A stretch of DNA of 64,000 nucleotides from Macrostomum lignano (taxonomy: Eukaryota), in contig NIVC01000382.1 in NCBI GenBank assembly GCA_002269645.1, forward strand, positions 186,001 through 250,000, given 5' to 3'. Numbering within the stretch: position 1 is the stretch's first letter; each line of letters opens with the position of its first letter. A program made the translations under genes and the position numbers. Shown here piece after piece: positions 49,000 through 59,240 of this stretch. The notes under the pieces are model-generated. The model searched no databases. It was not told where the DNA came from and worked only from the letters and a program-made list of their open reading frames with translations.

Positions 49000-50250
49000 A
49001 CTGCGGAGATATGAGCCCTATCTCTGTGCATTGGGGAGGGCTAAGCACTGCAGAGATATGAGCTCTATCTCTGTGCATTGGGGACGGCTAAGCACTGCAG
49101 AGATATGAGCTCTATCTCTGTGCATTGGGGACGGCTAAGCACTGCAGAGATATGAGCTCTATCTCTGTGCATTAGGGACGGCTAAGCACTGCAGAGATAT
49201 GAGCTCTATCTCTGTGCATTGGGGACGGCTAAGCACTGCAGAGATATGAGCTCTATCTCTGTGCATTGGGGACGGCTAAGCACTGCAGAGATATGAGCTC
49301 TATCTCTGTGCATTGGGGACGGCTAAGCACTGCAGAGATATGAGCTCTATCTCTGTGCATTGGGGACGGCTAAGCACTGCAGAGATATGAGCTCTATCTC
49401 TGTGCATTGGGGACGGCTAAGCACTGCAGAGATATGAGCTCTATCTCTGTGCATTGGGGACGGCTAAGCACTGCAGAGATATGAGCTCTATCTCTGTGCA
49501 TTGGGGACGGCTAAGCACTGCAGAGATATGAGCTCTATCTCTGTGCATTGGGGACGGCTAAGCACTGCAGAGATATGAGCTCTATCTCTGTGCATTGGGG
49601 ACGGCTAAGCACTGCAGAGATATGAGCTCTATCTCTGTGCATTGGGGACGGCTAAGCACTGCAGAGATATGAGCTCTATCTCTGTGCATTGGGGACGGCT
49701 AAGCACTGCAGAGATATGAGCTCTATCTCTGTGCATTGGGGACGGCTAAGCACTGCAGAGATATGAGCTCTATCTCTGTGCATTGGGGACGGCTAAGCAC
49801 TGCAGAGATATGAGCTCTATCTCTGTGCATTGGGGACGGCTAAGCACTGCAGAGATATGAGCTCTATCTCTGTGCATTGGGGACGGCTAAGCACTGCAGA
49901 GATATGAGCTCTATCTCTGTGCATTGGGGACGGCTAAGCACTGCAGAGATATGAGCTCTATCTCTGTGCATTGGGGACGGCTAAGCACTGCAGAGATATG
50001 AGCTCTATCTCTGTGCATTGGGGACGGCTAAGCACTGCAGAGATATGAGCTCTATCTCTGTGCATTGGGGACGGCTAAGCACTGCAGAGATATGAGCTCT
50101 ATCTCTGTGCATTGGGGACGGCTAAGCACTGCAGAGATATGAGCTCTATCTCTGTGCATTGGGGACGACTAAGCACTGCAGAGATATGAGCTCTATCTCT
50201 GTGCATTGGGGACGGCTAAGCACTGCAGAGATATGAGCTCTATCTCTGCT
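49000..50250. repeat. 47-bp near-perfect tandem array (about 26 copies) with an internal hairpin, in the putative left terminal region
   Basis: Unit GCACTGCAGAGATATGAGCTCTATCTCTGTGCATTGGGGACGGCTAA; period measured from 49045 to 49092. Only two single-base variants were noticed within the core array (near 49173 and 50167). Confidence 0.97.
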
Positions 50251-50419
50251 TAACACTGCAGTGATAGGAGGAGAGGCGGCCTATCTCTTTACACTGGAGA
50301 GATAGGAGAGGCGGCCTATCTCTTTGCACTGGGGTGGTTAACACTGCAGAGATAAGATGGGGTGGGTTAGCTTGGCTGAATGAATTTTAATCTATGTAAT
50401 TGGAAATAATGTTTGCGAA

Positions 50420-50484
50420 AGAGCCAATCACAGAGCCCGGAGTGGGATGGGTGGTTTGGGGTGGTTCGGTCGAGGGTATATAAG
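50420..50484 (+). promoter_or_regulatory. CCAAT plus TATA promoter of the left gene block
   Basis: AGCCAATC near 50422 and GTATATAAG at 50476-50484, about 105 bp before the ATG at 50589. Confidence 0.65.
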
Positions 50485-50588
50485 CCTCGAAATTGACAAG
50501 AAAGAATTCTCAATTTTTCAAATCTAAAATTTCATCCGAACTTTTCCTCAGCTTTTGACTTTTGTGAGTTTTCAATTGCTAAAGGAAA

Positions 50589-51362
50589 ATGGACATCTGT
50601 GAAGGCTATAAGGCACAAGTCCAGGAGTTTGAAGGACAAAATTTTATCGCTATTCGCAAGTTTTACCGACACGGCAGCACGGCAAGTCTGAAGCCAGGCG
50701 TCCCAGGATTCAACCTGAATCTTCACCAATGGAAGAAATTGAAGGAGGTGAAACGCTCACTTGTGATTTCTGCACGCAACAACAAGCCCAAGGTCGTGAA
50801 ACTCGGCTTCGATAAGTTTGTGGAAGTCAAAGGCGGCATCATTTGGCTCAAACGGCTGCCGGAAGATTGCTGCGAGGAGTTTTTGAGACGAAACGCCGTA
50901 CCACTGACTCCGCCGCTGTGGCAGAAGCTCTGGAAAATCGCCTCCTGGATCGACGGTCAGCTGGTGGCTCCCTTGAGGAACTCAATGCAGTACGAGCTGG
51001 AGTCTGATGAGGAAGAGGAGGAAGAGGACAAGAAGCTCAAGTTGGAGGCTGACCAGGACACGAAGCCCATAATGGAGACTGATGAGGGCGGAGAGCATGC
51101 TGATGACGAGGACGTTAGCTCGCCCACAAGGCCGCGCATTGTGACTGAGCCTATCACATCCACACCGATACCTTCGGTTGATTCTGATGCTGGACTGCTT
51201 CCGCAGCGGGACACCAACCTTGAGGAAGATCCGGTGTGGTATCAGTTCAGGGCGCATGCAGCGGCTTCGACGGTGAGCAGCAGCAGCAGGAAGCGAAAGC
51301 TGCCATTTCAACTTCGTCGGCAGGACGCGATGAGGCTGCCCAATGTTCGCTTTGATAACTGA
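50589..51362 (+). CDS. PC4/SUB1-like ssDNA-binding protein, probably with two PC4 domains and an acidic tail
   Basis: VQEFEGQNFIAIRKFY...LKPGVPGFNLNLHQWKKLKE resembles the PC4 core VREFKGKVLIDIREYW...[20 protein letters not shown]. A second, weaker repeat is LGFDKFVEV...VPLTPPLWQKL. The 257-aa ORF is intact. Confidence 0.8.
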   Translation: MDICEGYKAQVQEFEGQNFIAIRKFYRHGSTASLKPGVPGFNLNLHQWKKLKEVKRSLVISARNNKPKVVKLGFDKFVEVKGGIIWLKRLPEDCCEEFLRRNAVPLTPPLWQKLWKIASWIDGQLVAPLRNSMQYELESDEEEEEEDKKLKLEADQDTKPIMETDEGGEHADDEDVSSPTRPRIVTEPITSTPIPSVDSDAGLLPQRDTNLEEDPVWYQFRAHAAASTVSSSSRKRKLPFQLRRQDAMRLPNVRFDN

Positions 51363-51659
51363 ACAGCTAGAATGCTTTGAATGCATTGGACTAACTAAAT
51401 TACTTTTAGCTTGCACATGATTATCCAGCCTATATCTGACGGCACTATGCTGTTTTTTATCTGTTTTTTCTGAAATGCTGGTGTGCGAGTGTTTTAGTGT
51501 TCGTTTTTATGGATTGTTTGCTTTCGGAAAATACACCGACTTTTACGATGTTAGAGGTTTCAATCTGACAGTAATAAATTAGTTTGCCACTCGTTTCTCT
51601 ATCATTTAATTGGAATATAAATTTCTACTTAAGAAAAAATACTGTACAGCTAGAGCAGG

Positions 51660-52730
51660 TGGATAGGCACGTATCTTGATAACCGGCTAGTTTTTCTTGT
51701 GCCTCAAAGTTGCTGCATGAAGTGAGGCAAAGAGGTGATCGGATATCTGCAAAGAGCATTGAGCAGTGGCTCAGCGAGCAGCCAGTGCACACTCTGCACA
51801 AGCCAGCTAGGAGGCGATATCCAAGAGCCCCAATCATAGTGCGCGCAATCGATGATCAGTGGGAACTTGACTTAGTGGAAATGATTCCATTCGCAAAGCA
51901 TAATAAAGGCTACAAATATATTCTCACATGCATTGACGTGCTCTCAAAATGTGCTTGGGCCAAGGCACTGAAAAATAAAACTGCCACAGAAGTGAAGTCA
52001 GCATTCGAGAGCATACGCGCTCGTACTGAGAAGTTCAAAGCGCCAGCCACGCACAGTTCGCACAGATCAGGGGAAGGGATTTATCAACTCCACTTTCCGT
52101 CAATACTGCATTGACAGAGGGATTCTGGCTTTCCCAACTAACAGCGAGCAGAAGGCAGCTGTCATTGAGCGATGGAATCGGATTCTGAAAAGTAGAATGT
52201 GGCGCTACTTCACCTACAAGAGCACACTGCACTGGCTTGATGTGCTGCCTAAGCTGGTAAAATCTTACAACAATACTTACCACAGAAGCATCAAAATGGC
52301 ACCCACTAGTGTCTGCAAAGAGAATGAATCTGAAGTGTGGATGAACCTGTACGATGGAAAAGCAGTCGAGACTCTAGAAAAATTAAAGAAGCCTAAGTTC
52401 GCTGAAAACCAGTCAGTAAGAATTTCCAATGCTTTACGGCTATTCAAAAAGGGATACAAAGCGAGCTGGAGTGAGGAAGTGTACACCGTGGTGAGCAGAG
52501 CCCCAAAACATTATCCCTACATGTACAAGATTAAAGACATGCGGGGGCAAGAGATTCGAGGACTCTTCCATGAACACGAGCTGCAGGCTGTCCCAGACTC
52601 ACAGCGGCTGTATGTGATTGAGAAGATCCAGAAAACGGAGAAGCGGAAGGGAAAAATTCGCTATCTGGTGAAATGGGCGGGCTACGACTCGACTGGCTGG
52701 GTGGATGAAAAAGACTTAAGAAAGGTTTAG
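51660..52730 (+). pseudogene. Polinton retroviral-like DDE integrase with C-terminal chromodomain, frameshifted
   Basis: QWELDL, CIDVLSK, TDQGKGF, VIERWNR, YLVKWAGYDSTGWV. Frameshifts near 51683 and 52015 (about 10-bp insertion). Confidence 0.93.
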
Positions 52731-52749
52731 CTTTGGCACATCCCTCATC

Positions 52750-53722
52750 TTGAAGTTTATCATTATAATGCGAACTATTTTGATTAACAGTGAGCATGCT
52801 GAAGGTACTCCTTGTGACTTTAATTTTTACCTGCCTTCACCTATTTACTTGGATCGAAATGTGGACTATGAGGCAGGTCTGGCTGAAATCCATCTGCCTG
52901 CTGCATGGTTCAAAGTTGACGAGCCTTACTGCTTCACTGTCTCAGATGGAAGAGAGCATGAGGCCCTGGTTCTTCAACCCGGACGCTTTGCTAGAGTGGA
53001 GGAGCTGGTGGAGCGCCTGAATGAGCTGCTGGCCAACTCTGATTCGCTGTTCTTTGATGCAATGAGTGACAGGGAGTCTGAGATGGAGGCTGATGAGTCC
53101 GGCCTGATGGGGCGTAGTGGCAACAGGGAATTTGGTATGAAGTTCGAAATCCGCAACTCATGAACTGTGGTGCACAACAACACTGCGAGAGCAGAGCTGT
53201 TTCTTCCATCTAGTAAAATTCTGCATTGGCTGGGATTTGGAAACCAGGCTGTGAAAATCCAGCCAGGGAGCCGCGTGTCCGAGCATTGCACTGGCTGCCC
53301 GCGCACCAGCTTAATCAATGTGCACTGCAGTATCGTTGAGTCAACTAATTGCAACTGGAGCTCCTTGTTGAGAACAGTTGGAATGAAAGCCGGCATTGAA
53401 TGGGGCAACTATCAAACAAAAATATTTAAGAAAAATATTTATTTTCCCGATTCAACGAATCAGTCTTCTTCACAGCATTCGAGTTCAGCTCCGTGACATC
53501 TATGGTTGCCCACTGATTGCACAGACTCACAGCCCTGTTCTGCTTACAGTTCAAATTCAGGAGAAACCATTCAATGAACTACCAGCAGCTAATCCAGCAA
53601 TATTCGGGGGTGAGGACAGGACACGAAAAGCCTGCACTCTATGGCTGTGGGAGCTTCCCAGGGATCATGACATACCAGCCTCCGCCAGCGGCTATATCAT
53701 CATCATCAGCCTCGACGCTTAG
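52750..53722 (+). pseudogene. Polinton minor capsid (penton-like) protein with an internal stop and a frameshift
   Basis: TPCDFNFYLPSPIYLD..YEAGLAEIHLP N-terminus; INVHCSIVE; SIRVQLRDIYG C-terminus. TGA at 53161-53163; frameshift near 53400. Confidence 0.75.
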
Positions 53723-53945
53723 CAACGTCAGGCGCAAAAGAAATACTGAAGCAAGTCCGAAACGATTGAAGAAAAAGAAAGGCACCCGAAAGGCAACTGG
53801 TGGAAATCGCAGTAAGAGGTCGAGCAAGGCTAGTGGGAAAAAGCTTAAGAATAGGAAGACGAAAGCAAAGAAGAATAGAGCAGGCGGAGGAAAGCAAAAA
53901 GTCAGCAAGAAAACTGTGAAGCGCGTGCTCGACCCTCTGTCATAG
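53574..53945 (+). CDS. Small, highly basic (K/R-rich) core/DNA-condensing-like protein
   Basis: C-terminal half is very K/R-rich; lies between the capsid genes; LYGC-G fits the adenain consensus (M/L/I)xGx-G. Confidence 0.55.
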   Translation: MNYQQLIQQYSGVRTGHEKPALYGCGSFPGIMTYQPPPAAISSSSASTLSNVRRKRNTEASPKRLKKKKGTRKATGGNRSKRSSKASGKKLKNRKTKAKKNRAGGGKQKVSKKTVKRVLDPLS

Positions 53946-53947
53946 AC

Positions 53948-54850
53948 ATGGCTTACGGATTCAATCCCAGACTTGATTTATTTAAGACGCCCGTTCTACA
54001 AACCTGCATTGAAAAAGCTACTTATGTTGATATTCACCCAGTTAATTCCATTGTTGCAAACTCTCCCATTGAATTTGACTGCCACCAATCTGCCGATGAA
54101 TACACAGATCTGCTGAATTCTTTTCTTTATAGTCGCTGCCGCCTTGTGAGACTGGATGGGGGTTTGCTGAGGGAGGATGTTCGAGATGGAGATGGCATCA
54201 TCACCGAGCGCAGAGACAGTGACGTGCACCCAGAAAATTTTGTTCTGTCTACAGTCTTCTCAGATGTAATTGTGAGCATTAACCAGCGAGTGGTGTCTGG
54301 TGGAGACCAGCTCTATCCCTACCATGCGTACTTCAAAGCACTAATGAGCTCATCCGATGCCCAGCAACTATAACTTTACCCTGCTGGCTTCCTGGAGCCG
54401 AACTCGGCAGCTGAAGAGCACACGGAGAGCCACAGGGAATCCCGATGGATGGAGTATGCGGGACCGCTCTTCAGCGATGTTTTCCAGTGCCCAGTGTTTC
54501 TGCTAAGCAATCCGCACTTGCACATCAAACTGGTGCCCAGCGATGGGGCCTTTGCCATCAGAAGCCCGAATGCAAACAACGCGGCATACCGAACGGAAAT
54601 CTCTCACTGCATTCTGCATGTTCGCCGAGTCAAAGTGGTGCCCCACATCAGCCTGGCCCATGAGCAGGGGCTGACAAACCAAAATGCACTGTATCCCATC
54701 GAGCGAACTGAAATGCAGAACTTCATCCTACCCCAGGGTATTCAGTCAAAAAACATTGAAGGATTCACTCATGGAAAATTGCCGAAGTTCATCATGCTGG
54801 CCTTCGTGAGCCACCGAGCATTTAACGGTCATCATCACGCACCGAGAGCT
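53948..54850 (+). pseudogene. Polinton major capsid (double jelly-roll) protein with an internal stop and C-terminal deletion
   Basis: LDLFKTPVLQTCIE...PIEF...YTDL..SFLY; QLYPYHAYF; LHVRRVKV; ALYPI; LPKFIMLAFVSHRAFNG. TAA at 54371-54373; the expected C-terminal region is absent. Confidence 0.87.
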
Positions 54851-54877
54851 TTTGCTGGACTATTCATCTTAATTGAC

Positions 54878-55390
54878 ATGGATGCAATTCAACTACTTAA
54901 TCTCGCCAGAAAATTTTTGCCTTACCAAAAATTTCTCATAGTTACTTTACATTTGCGCTATAAAAATTCTCTGCCCTTGAATGTAAAAAGAAAATTTAGA
55001 TCATCAATTTCCTTTGAAAACAAGTTTGTTTTTGTCCTACTTCAGCACAATGGCTCATTTGGTCACTGGGTGGTGTGCTATGTTGGGCAAGGAAATCGCA
55101 TTGAGTTGTTCAACTCCCTCGGCTGGGAACCTGAAATTTTATCTTTGGTTTATAATTTGTTTCGAGAGATTAAAACAACTGGCTTTTGGCTCCGAAGCAA
55201 TATAAACAGAGTTCAATGTGCTAACTCTAATAAATGCGGAATGTTTTGCATCTATTTTGCTTATCAAAAGTTTCTGTTCGATCGGTCATTTGAGGGGATT
55301 TTGAAGCATTTGCATGCTAATGAAAAAAATCATTTGAATGATAGAATCTTACAGAGGTTTGAAGCCAACTTAAGAAAAAGATGTCCGTGA
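54878..55390 (+). CDS. Adenain-like cysteine protease, currently in frame with the MCP remnant
   Basis: GHWVVCY...ELFNSLG...RVQCANSNKCGMFC gives the H, N (usually D), Q and C catalytic layout. Probable start at MDAIQLL. Confidence 0.87.
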   Translation: MDAIQLLNLARKFLPYQKFLIVTLHLRYKNSLPLNVKRKFRSSISFENKFVFVLLQHNGSFGHWVVCYVGQGNRIELFNSLGWEPEILSLVYNLFREIKTTGFWLRSNINRVQCANSNKCGMFCIYFAYQKFLFDRSFEGILKHLHANEKNHLNDRILQRFEANLRKRCP

Positions 55391-56061
55391 TTTCTAATAT
55401 TTATGCATTAAACATGGGAGAAAAGCAAGCTTGCTACGATATCCGCCTCAGGCAGGGAAGCTGCATGATTGTCTGCGGGCCCACCAATGCAGGAAAAACA
55501 ACCTTTGTCAAACACCTGATCCAGTACAGAGACGTCATGTTTGATGTGAAGCCTGGCAGAGTTCTGTGGTACTATGGGATCTCACAGGCAGGCCATGCAG
55601 AACTGAGCAGCCTAGGTGTGCAGCTGCGCCAGGGATTTCCCACCAACATCGAGGCAGCACTTAGGCCCAATGACCTGGTTGTTTTCGATGACTTAATAGA
55701 GGAAACTTCAAACTCTGCTTCAATGCGAAATTTTTTCACAGGAATCGCACATCACTTGCCGTGCTTCTTGGTGATGCTGACTCAGAATATATTTTTCAAG
55801 GGAAAAGAGTCGCGAACAATGAGCTTGAATGTAATGTATTTAGCTATCTTGAAAAACCCCAGAGACCAGCTGCAGATTGCAGCACTGGGCAGGCAGTGCT
55901 TAACAGAGAAGCCCGGCTTTCTGCTGTCAGTGTTCAAGCACGTGACCGCGCAGTGCTGGGGAGCCTACCTGTTCCTGGGTTTTCATCCATCAACTCCCGA
56001 TGAGCTGCGAGTGCGGGCCAGAATTTTACCCAACCAGCGACCCCATCTTGTATTTGCTTAA
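55381..56061 (+). CDS. A32-like FtsK/HerA genome-packaging ATPase
   Basis: Walker A GPTNAGKT, Walker B LVVFDD, LTQNIF and KNPRD motifs; intact 226-aa ORF. Confidence 0.92.
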   Translation: MSVISNIYALNMGEKQACYDIRLRQGSCMIVCGPTNAGKTTFVKHLIQYRDVMFDVKPGRVLWYYGISQAGHAELSSLGVQLRQGFPTNIEAALRPNDLVVFDDLIEETSNSASMRNFFTGIAHHLPCFLVMLTQNIFFKGKESRTMSLNVMYLAILKNPRDQLQIAALGRQCLTEKPGFLLSVFKHVTAQCWGAYLFLGFHPSTPDELRVRARILPNQRPHLVFA

Positions 56062-56072
56062 GAAAGTGAAGC

Positions 56073-56435
56073 TTGTTTTTATCAGCTATTGTTTTCATCG
56101 CAATGGAAGTGTTTGATTCACATGCAAGTCTGTTTGCGGTTCTTGCGTCACCTAAATATACCGTGCGCTTCAAGCGGCTGTTGATAAAAAATTGTCCAAA
56201 AGAAGTGCGTTATTTTCTTGTCGAGGCCTGCCATAATCTCTTACAAAACAATCTGTCGTTTTCGCTCGATGAAAAAGCTGTTCTTGCAAAGTCAAAAGAG
56301 ATAATTCGAAAAATTACTCAGCAGAGAAGAAAGACAGACTTGTTGAAGGCTGGCTTCATCAAAATACTTCTGCTTAAGCTGGTAAAGAAGAAGAAGCAAA
56401 ATGAACAAATTTTCAGAAATGGTTCTGATTTCTAA
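56073..56435 (+). CDS. Small Polinton-associated hypothetical protein
   Basis: LLIKNCPKEVRYFLVEACHNLLQNNL..DEKAVLAKSKEIIRKI resembles small ORFs that follow the Polinton ATPase; tightly packed with its neighbours. Confidence 0.6.
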   Translation: MFLSAIVFIAMEVFDSHASLFAVLASPKYTVRFKRLLIKNCPKEVRYFLVEACHNLLQNNLSFSLDEKAVLAKSKEIIRKITQQRRKTDLLKAGFIKILLLKLVKKKKQNEQIFRNGSDF

Positions 56436-59222
56436 AGCAGAGTATGAGATGTTGATGCAGAATTTGAAGCCAAATGAAACTACCACTGAAGCTGACTTGA
56501 AGCAGGCTCAGAAGAAATGCGATGACATCTTGAATGCCGAGGATTGTCCAGAAGATGTGAAAACCGCCATGTACCAAAGTGCAATGCAAAGTTTGCTGGC
56601 CAAGCGCAAGCACGCTGGAAAAGAAGGAGCACGCAATACTGAAGCCAAGTTGATGAAAACAGAGACACCCCAGATAAGCACCTGGGAAGAGAAGATCAGC
56701 AAGTCGGTGCCACAGAAATTCAAAACCAGGGCTCGCAGTCTGTGGACGATCCTGTCCACCAATCCAGAGCTGATTCGAGTTTGTGAAAACGGGGAGGTGG
56801 AAATCACAGGCATGTCAATCCCTTCCTCAAACATACTGGACTTGATTCAGCACACAGTGAGGGATTCGCCATGTGAGCGTGAACCAGTTGGGTGAAACGA
56901 GTTCATCGATTTTCTGCAGCAGAAAAAGCCTAATGTTCCGCTTTCCGCTATTTGATGTAACCGCCCTTGTCGCCTGTCCGCTCCGTAGAGAGACGAACGC
57001 ATGACTAGAGGGGGCAATGACCGTAGGCTGCCTATGACCGGGCAACGACCTGACGGACCTCCAGCACCAGACTGTCCCGCCCACATGATTAGTAGCTTTT
57101 GGTAGCGCTTCGTGACCAGAGGGCCAAGGACCCACATGGACCCCACCTGTAGCCAAGGTGCAATAGTTGGTCACTCGGTCATGGTATGACCGAGTGGCTG
57201 CCACCACTCTATGTGACCTGGCGCACCTGGATCTTTCTACCAGACCTCTCGAGGCTAGAGCCCCGCCTGGATTGGTTACCAGGGGATTTAGGCTAACAGG
57301 GGAGACGCATGCAGCCGAGTACAGGGACTCTGCTTGGGGCATGATCGGGAACTCTGGGCTCAATCCTGGAGGATTTCTCAGCAGGGGATCCTTTGTGGCT
57401 GTGAGCGAGGCTAACTTGCGACTTTGATTACTAAGAGTAGTATGAGGCGAACATGTACTGTCTCTAGTTTAGATTGCTCAGGGCGAAGGGACGCGTCAGC
57501 ATGGGGTTGCAACCTTCCTACTGCCATTCTGTGCCAAGACTCGCTAATCCCTCCACTGCACGCACACGCGGCCCCGCAGCACGCACTCACAGGCGGGCTT
57601 TGCACGGGGAGAGGCCATTAGCTTACCCAAACTCCCTTATGCTTTGCCACCCCAGGAGAAAGGCTTAGCACGCCATGAGTTAAATGATGGTGAAAGATGG
57701 AATAATGATAAAGTTAGTTAATAGTTAATAATTAGGCCCTTAGGCGAATAATCAGGCAATTAGGCGGCTTCACTGTTGAGTAAAATACAGCAAAAGATAC
57801 GGTATCACAATTGGCTCAGCTCTCTAATCAGACAATGGAAAATAGGCAAACCCCGGATAAGCAAAGGCAATTAGAGCACAAATTAGTAACCCGATTAGCT
57901 GCACAGAGAGAGAGAGAGGCGGAGTGACCGAGGGCGGCTGTAGGCTGCAGTCAGGCAGATGGTGAAGCGGCGATGCGCTGAGGCGACGAGGCGCTGATGC
58001 AGATCAGGCGATGCTGATGATGCTGGGCGGTATCAGACCGCTGGCCGATGGGCGAGCTCGCTTGGGGAGCTAAGGATAACTTGACGGTAACAGACCGCGG
58101 ACCGGCAGGGATTCGTCTAATAGACGAATGGGTCAGAACTCAGTCTGACGGCAAGTCTAAAGAAAGACTAGGAGCCCGAAGGTGGGCAGAAGTTGAGGAT
58201 TCTCATGCCGAAATCGCCTCCTTTTATAGACCTCACAGCCGCCTCCTCAAGGTCGTTACCATGGCTCCCTCTCTCTGATTGGCTGCCGGCAGAATGACGT
58301 CAGAATGAGTCATGATGAGAAGCATGAGACCGGCATAGCAACATGAGAAATCGGGAAATTGCGCAATCCGGAGGTGGGGTGGGGGGATAATTGGCGCAGC
58401 GGGTGGTCGCGAAAGTGTTGCGCAAGCAAACATTGAGAACAATAGGGCTGGGGTCGAGAACAAAGGAATTGGAAATCGGGGATAATTAGGGAAAACTGAG
58501 AACAATGGAAAAGTAAACATTGGAGAAAAGGTGATAATTAGGTGCGAAAACGAGAACAAAAAAAAGAGAAAATCGGAGAAAAGGTGATAATTGGTGGGGG
58601 TCGAGAGAACAAAAGAATCAAAAACAAGAACAATAGAAGCGGAGGTGGGGTGGGTGTCGCATGAGAAATTTGGGGAGGAGAACAATGGCATGAGAGAAGG
58701 TTGCGCAAGAGAGGGAGATGAGTCATCGATGAGTCATCGGGGGGAAGAAGGGGTCACACGACTTGCGTCACCGTTTGGGAGTTTGGGAGGGGATGGGGAG
58801 ACGGTGAGCACACAAAATACTGTAAGTAGACACAGAGAAGGAGGGGACAGCGCAGGAAAAGAGTGCAGAGAGAGACAAAAAGAAGGGGGGAAGGGAAAGT
58901 ACAAGAAGAATAGGGTGGAGTGCAGGGGAGATAAGGTAGAGGGAAAGGTACAGAGAGGGACAGGGAGCTCCGGAAAGGCAGGTGTGGCGGCAGGGGAGAC
59001 GGAACCAAGGCAGTGAGAGGGGGGCAGCAGAGCGGGAGTCTCCAGGCCTGGGCGGAGACCTGGCTGAGTCTCGACAGCTCTGTGCAGAGGGTACACGGGA
59101 TAGGAGGCACTTTCGAAAAAGTTCCCATGCCCTATCCCGCGACCAGAGCGTGGTTACATCATATTGGTAAATCAGTTAAGAAGAAAATGGCAACCAGCAG
59201 AGGGAGTGAACTGGAGAAATAA
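56401..59222 (+). pseudogene. Polinton hypothetical protein split by a solo LTR (coding 56401-56952 and 59166-59222)
   Basis: Removing the LTR restores ...EPVG*NEFIDFLQQKKPNVPLSAI|GKSVKKKMATSRGSELEK* in frame. The TGA at 56893 is probably a mutated TGG. Confidence 0.75.
56953..59161 (-). mobile_element. Solo LTR of 2209 bp
   Basis: Termini TGATGTAACC...GGTTACATCA; 4-bp TSD TATT (56949-56952 and 59162-59165). Minus-strand TATAAAA near 58225 with CCAAT, CRE (TGACGTCA) and AP-1 (TGAGTCA) motifs upstream. Confidence 0.85.
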
Positions 59223-59240
59223 CAGGAGAGTCTAGTCAAG

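Noticed and set aside
49000-50250. Palindromic about 47-bp repeats as a CRISPR array
   Set aside because: Units are contiguous with no unique spacers, no cas genes are present, and the context is eukaryotic.
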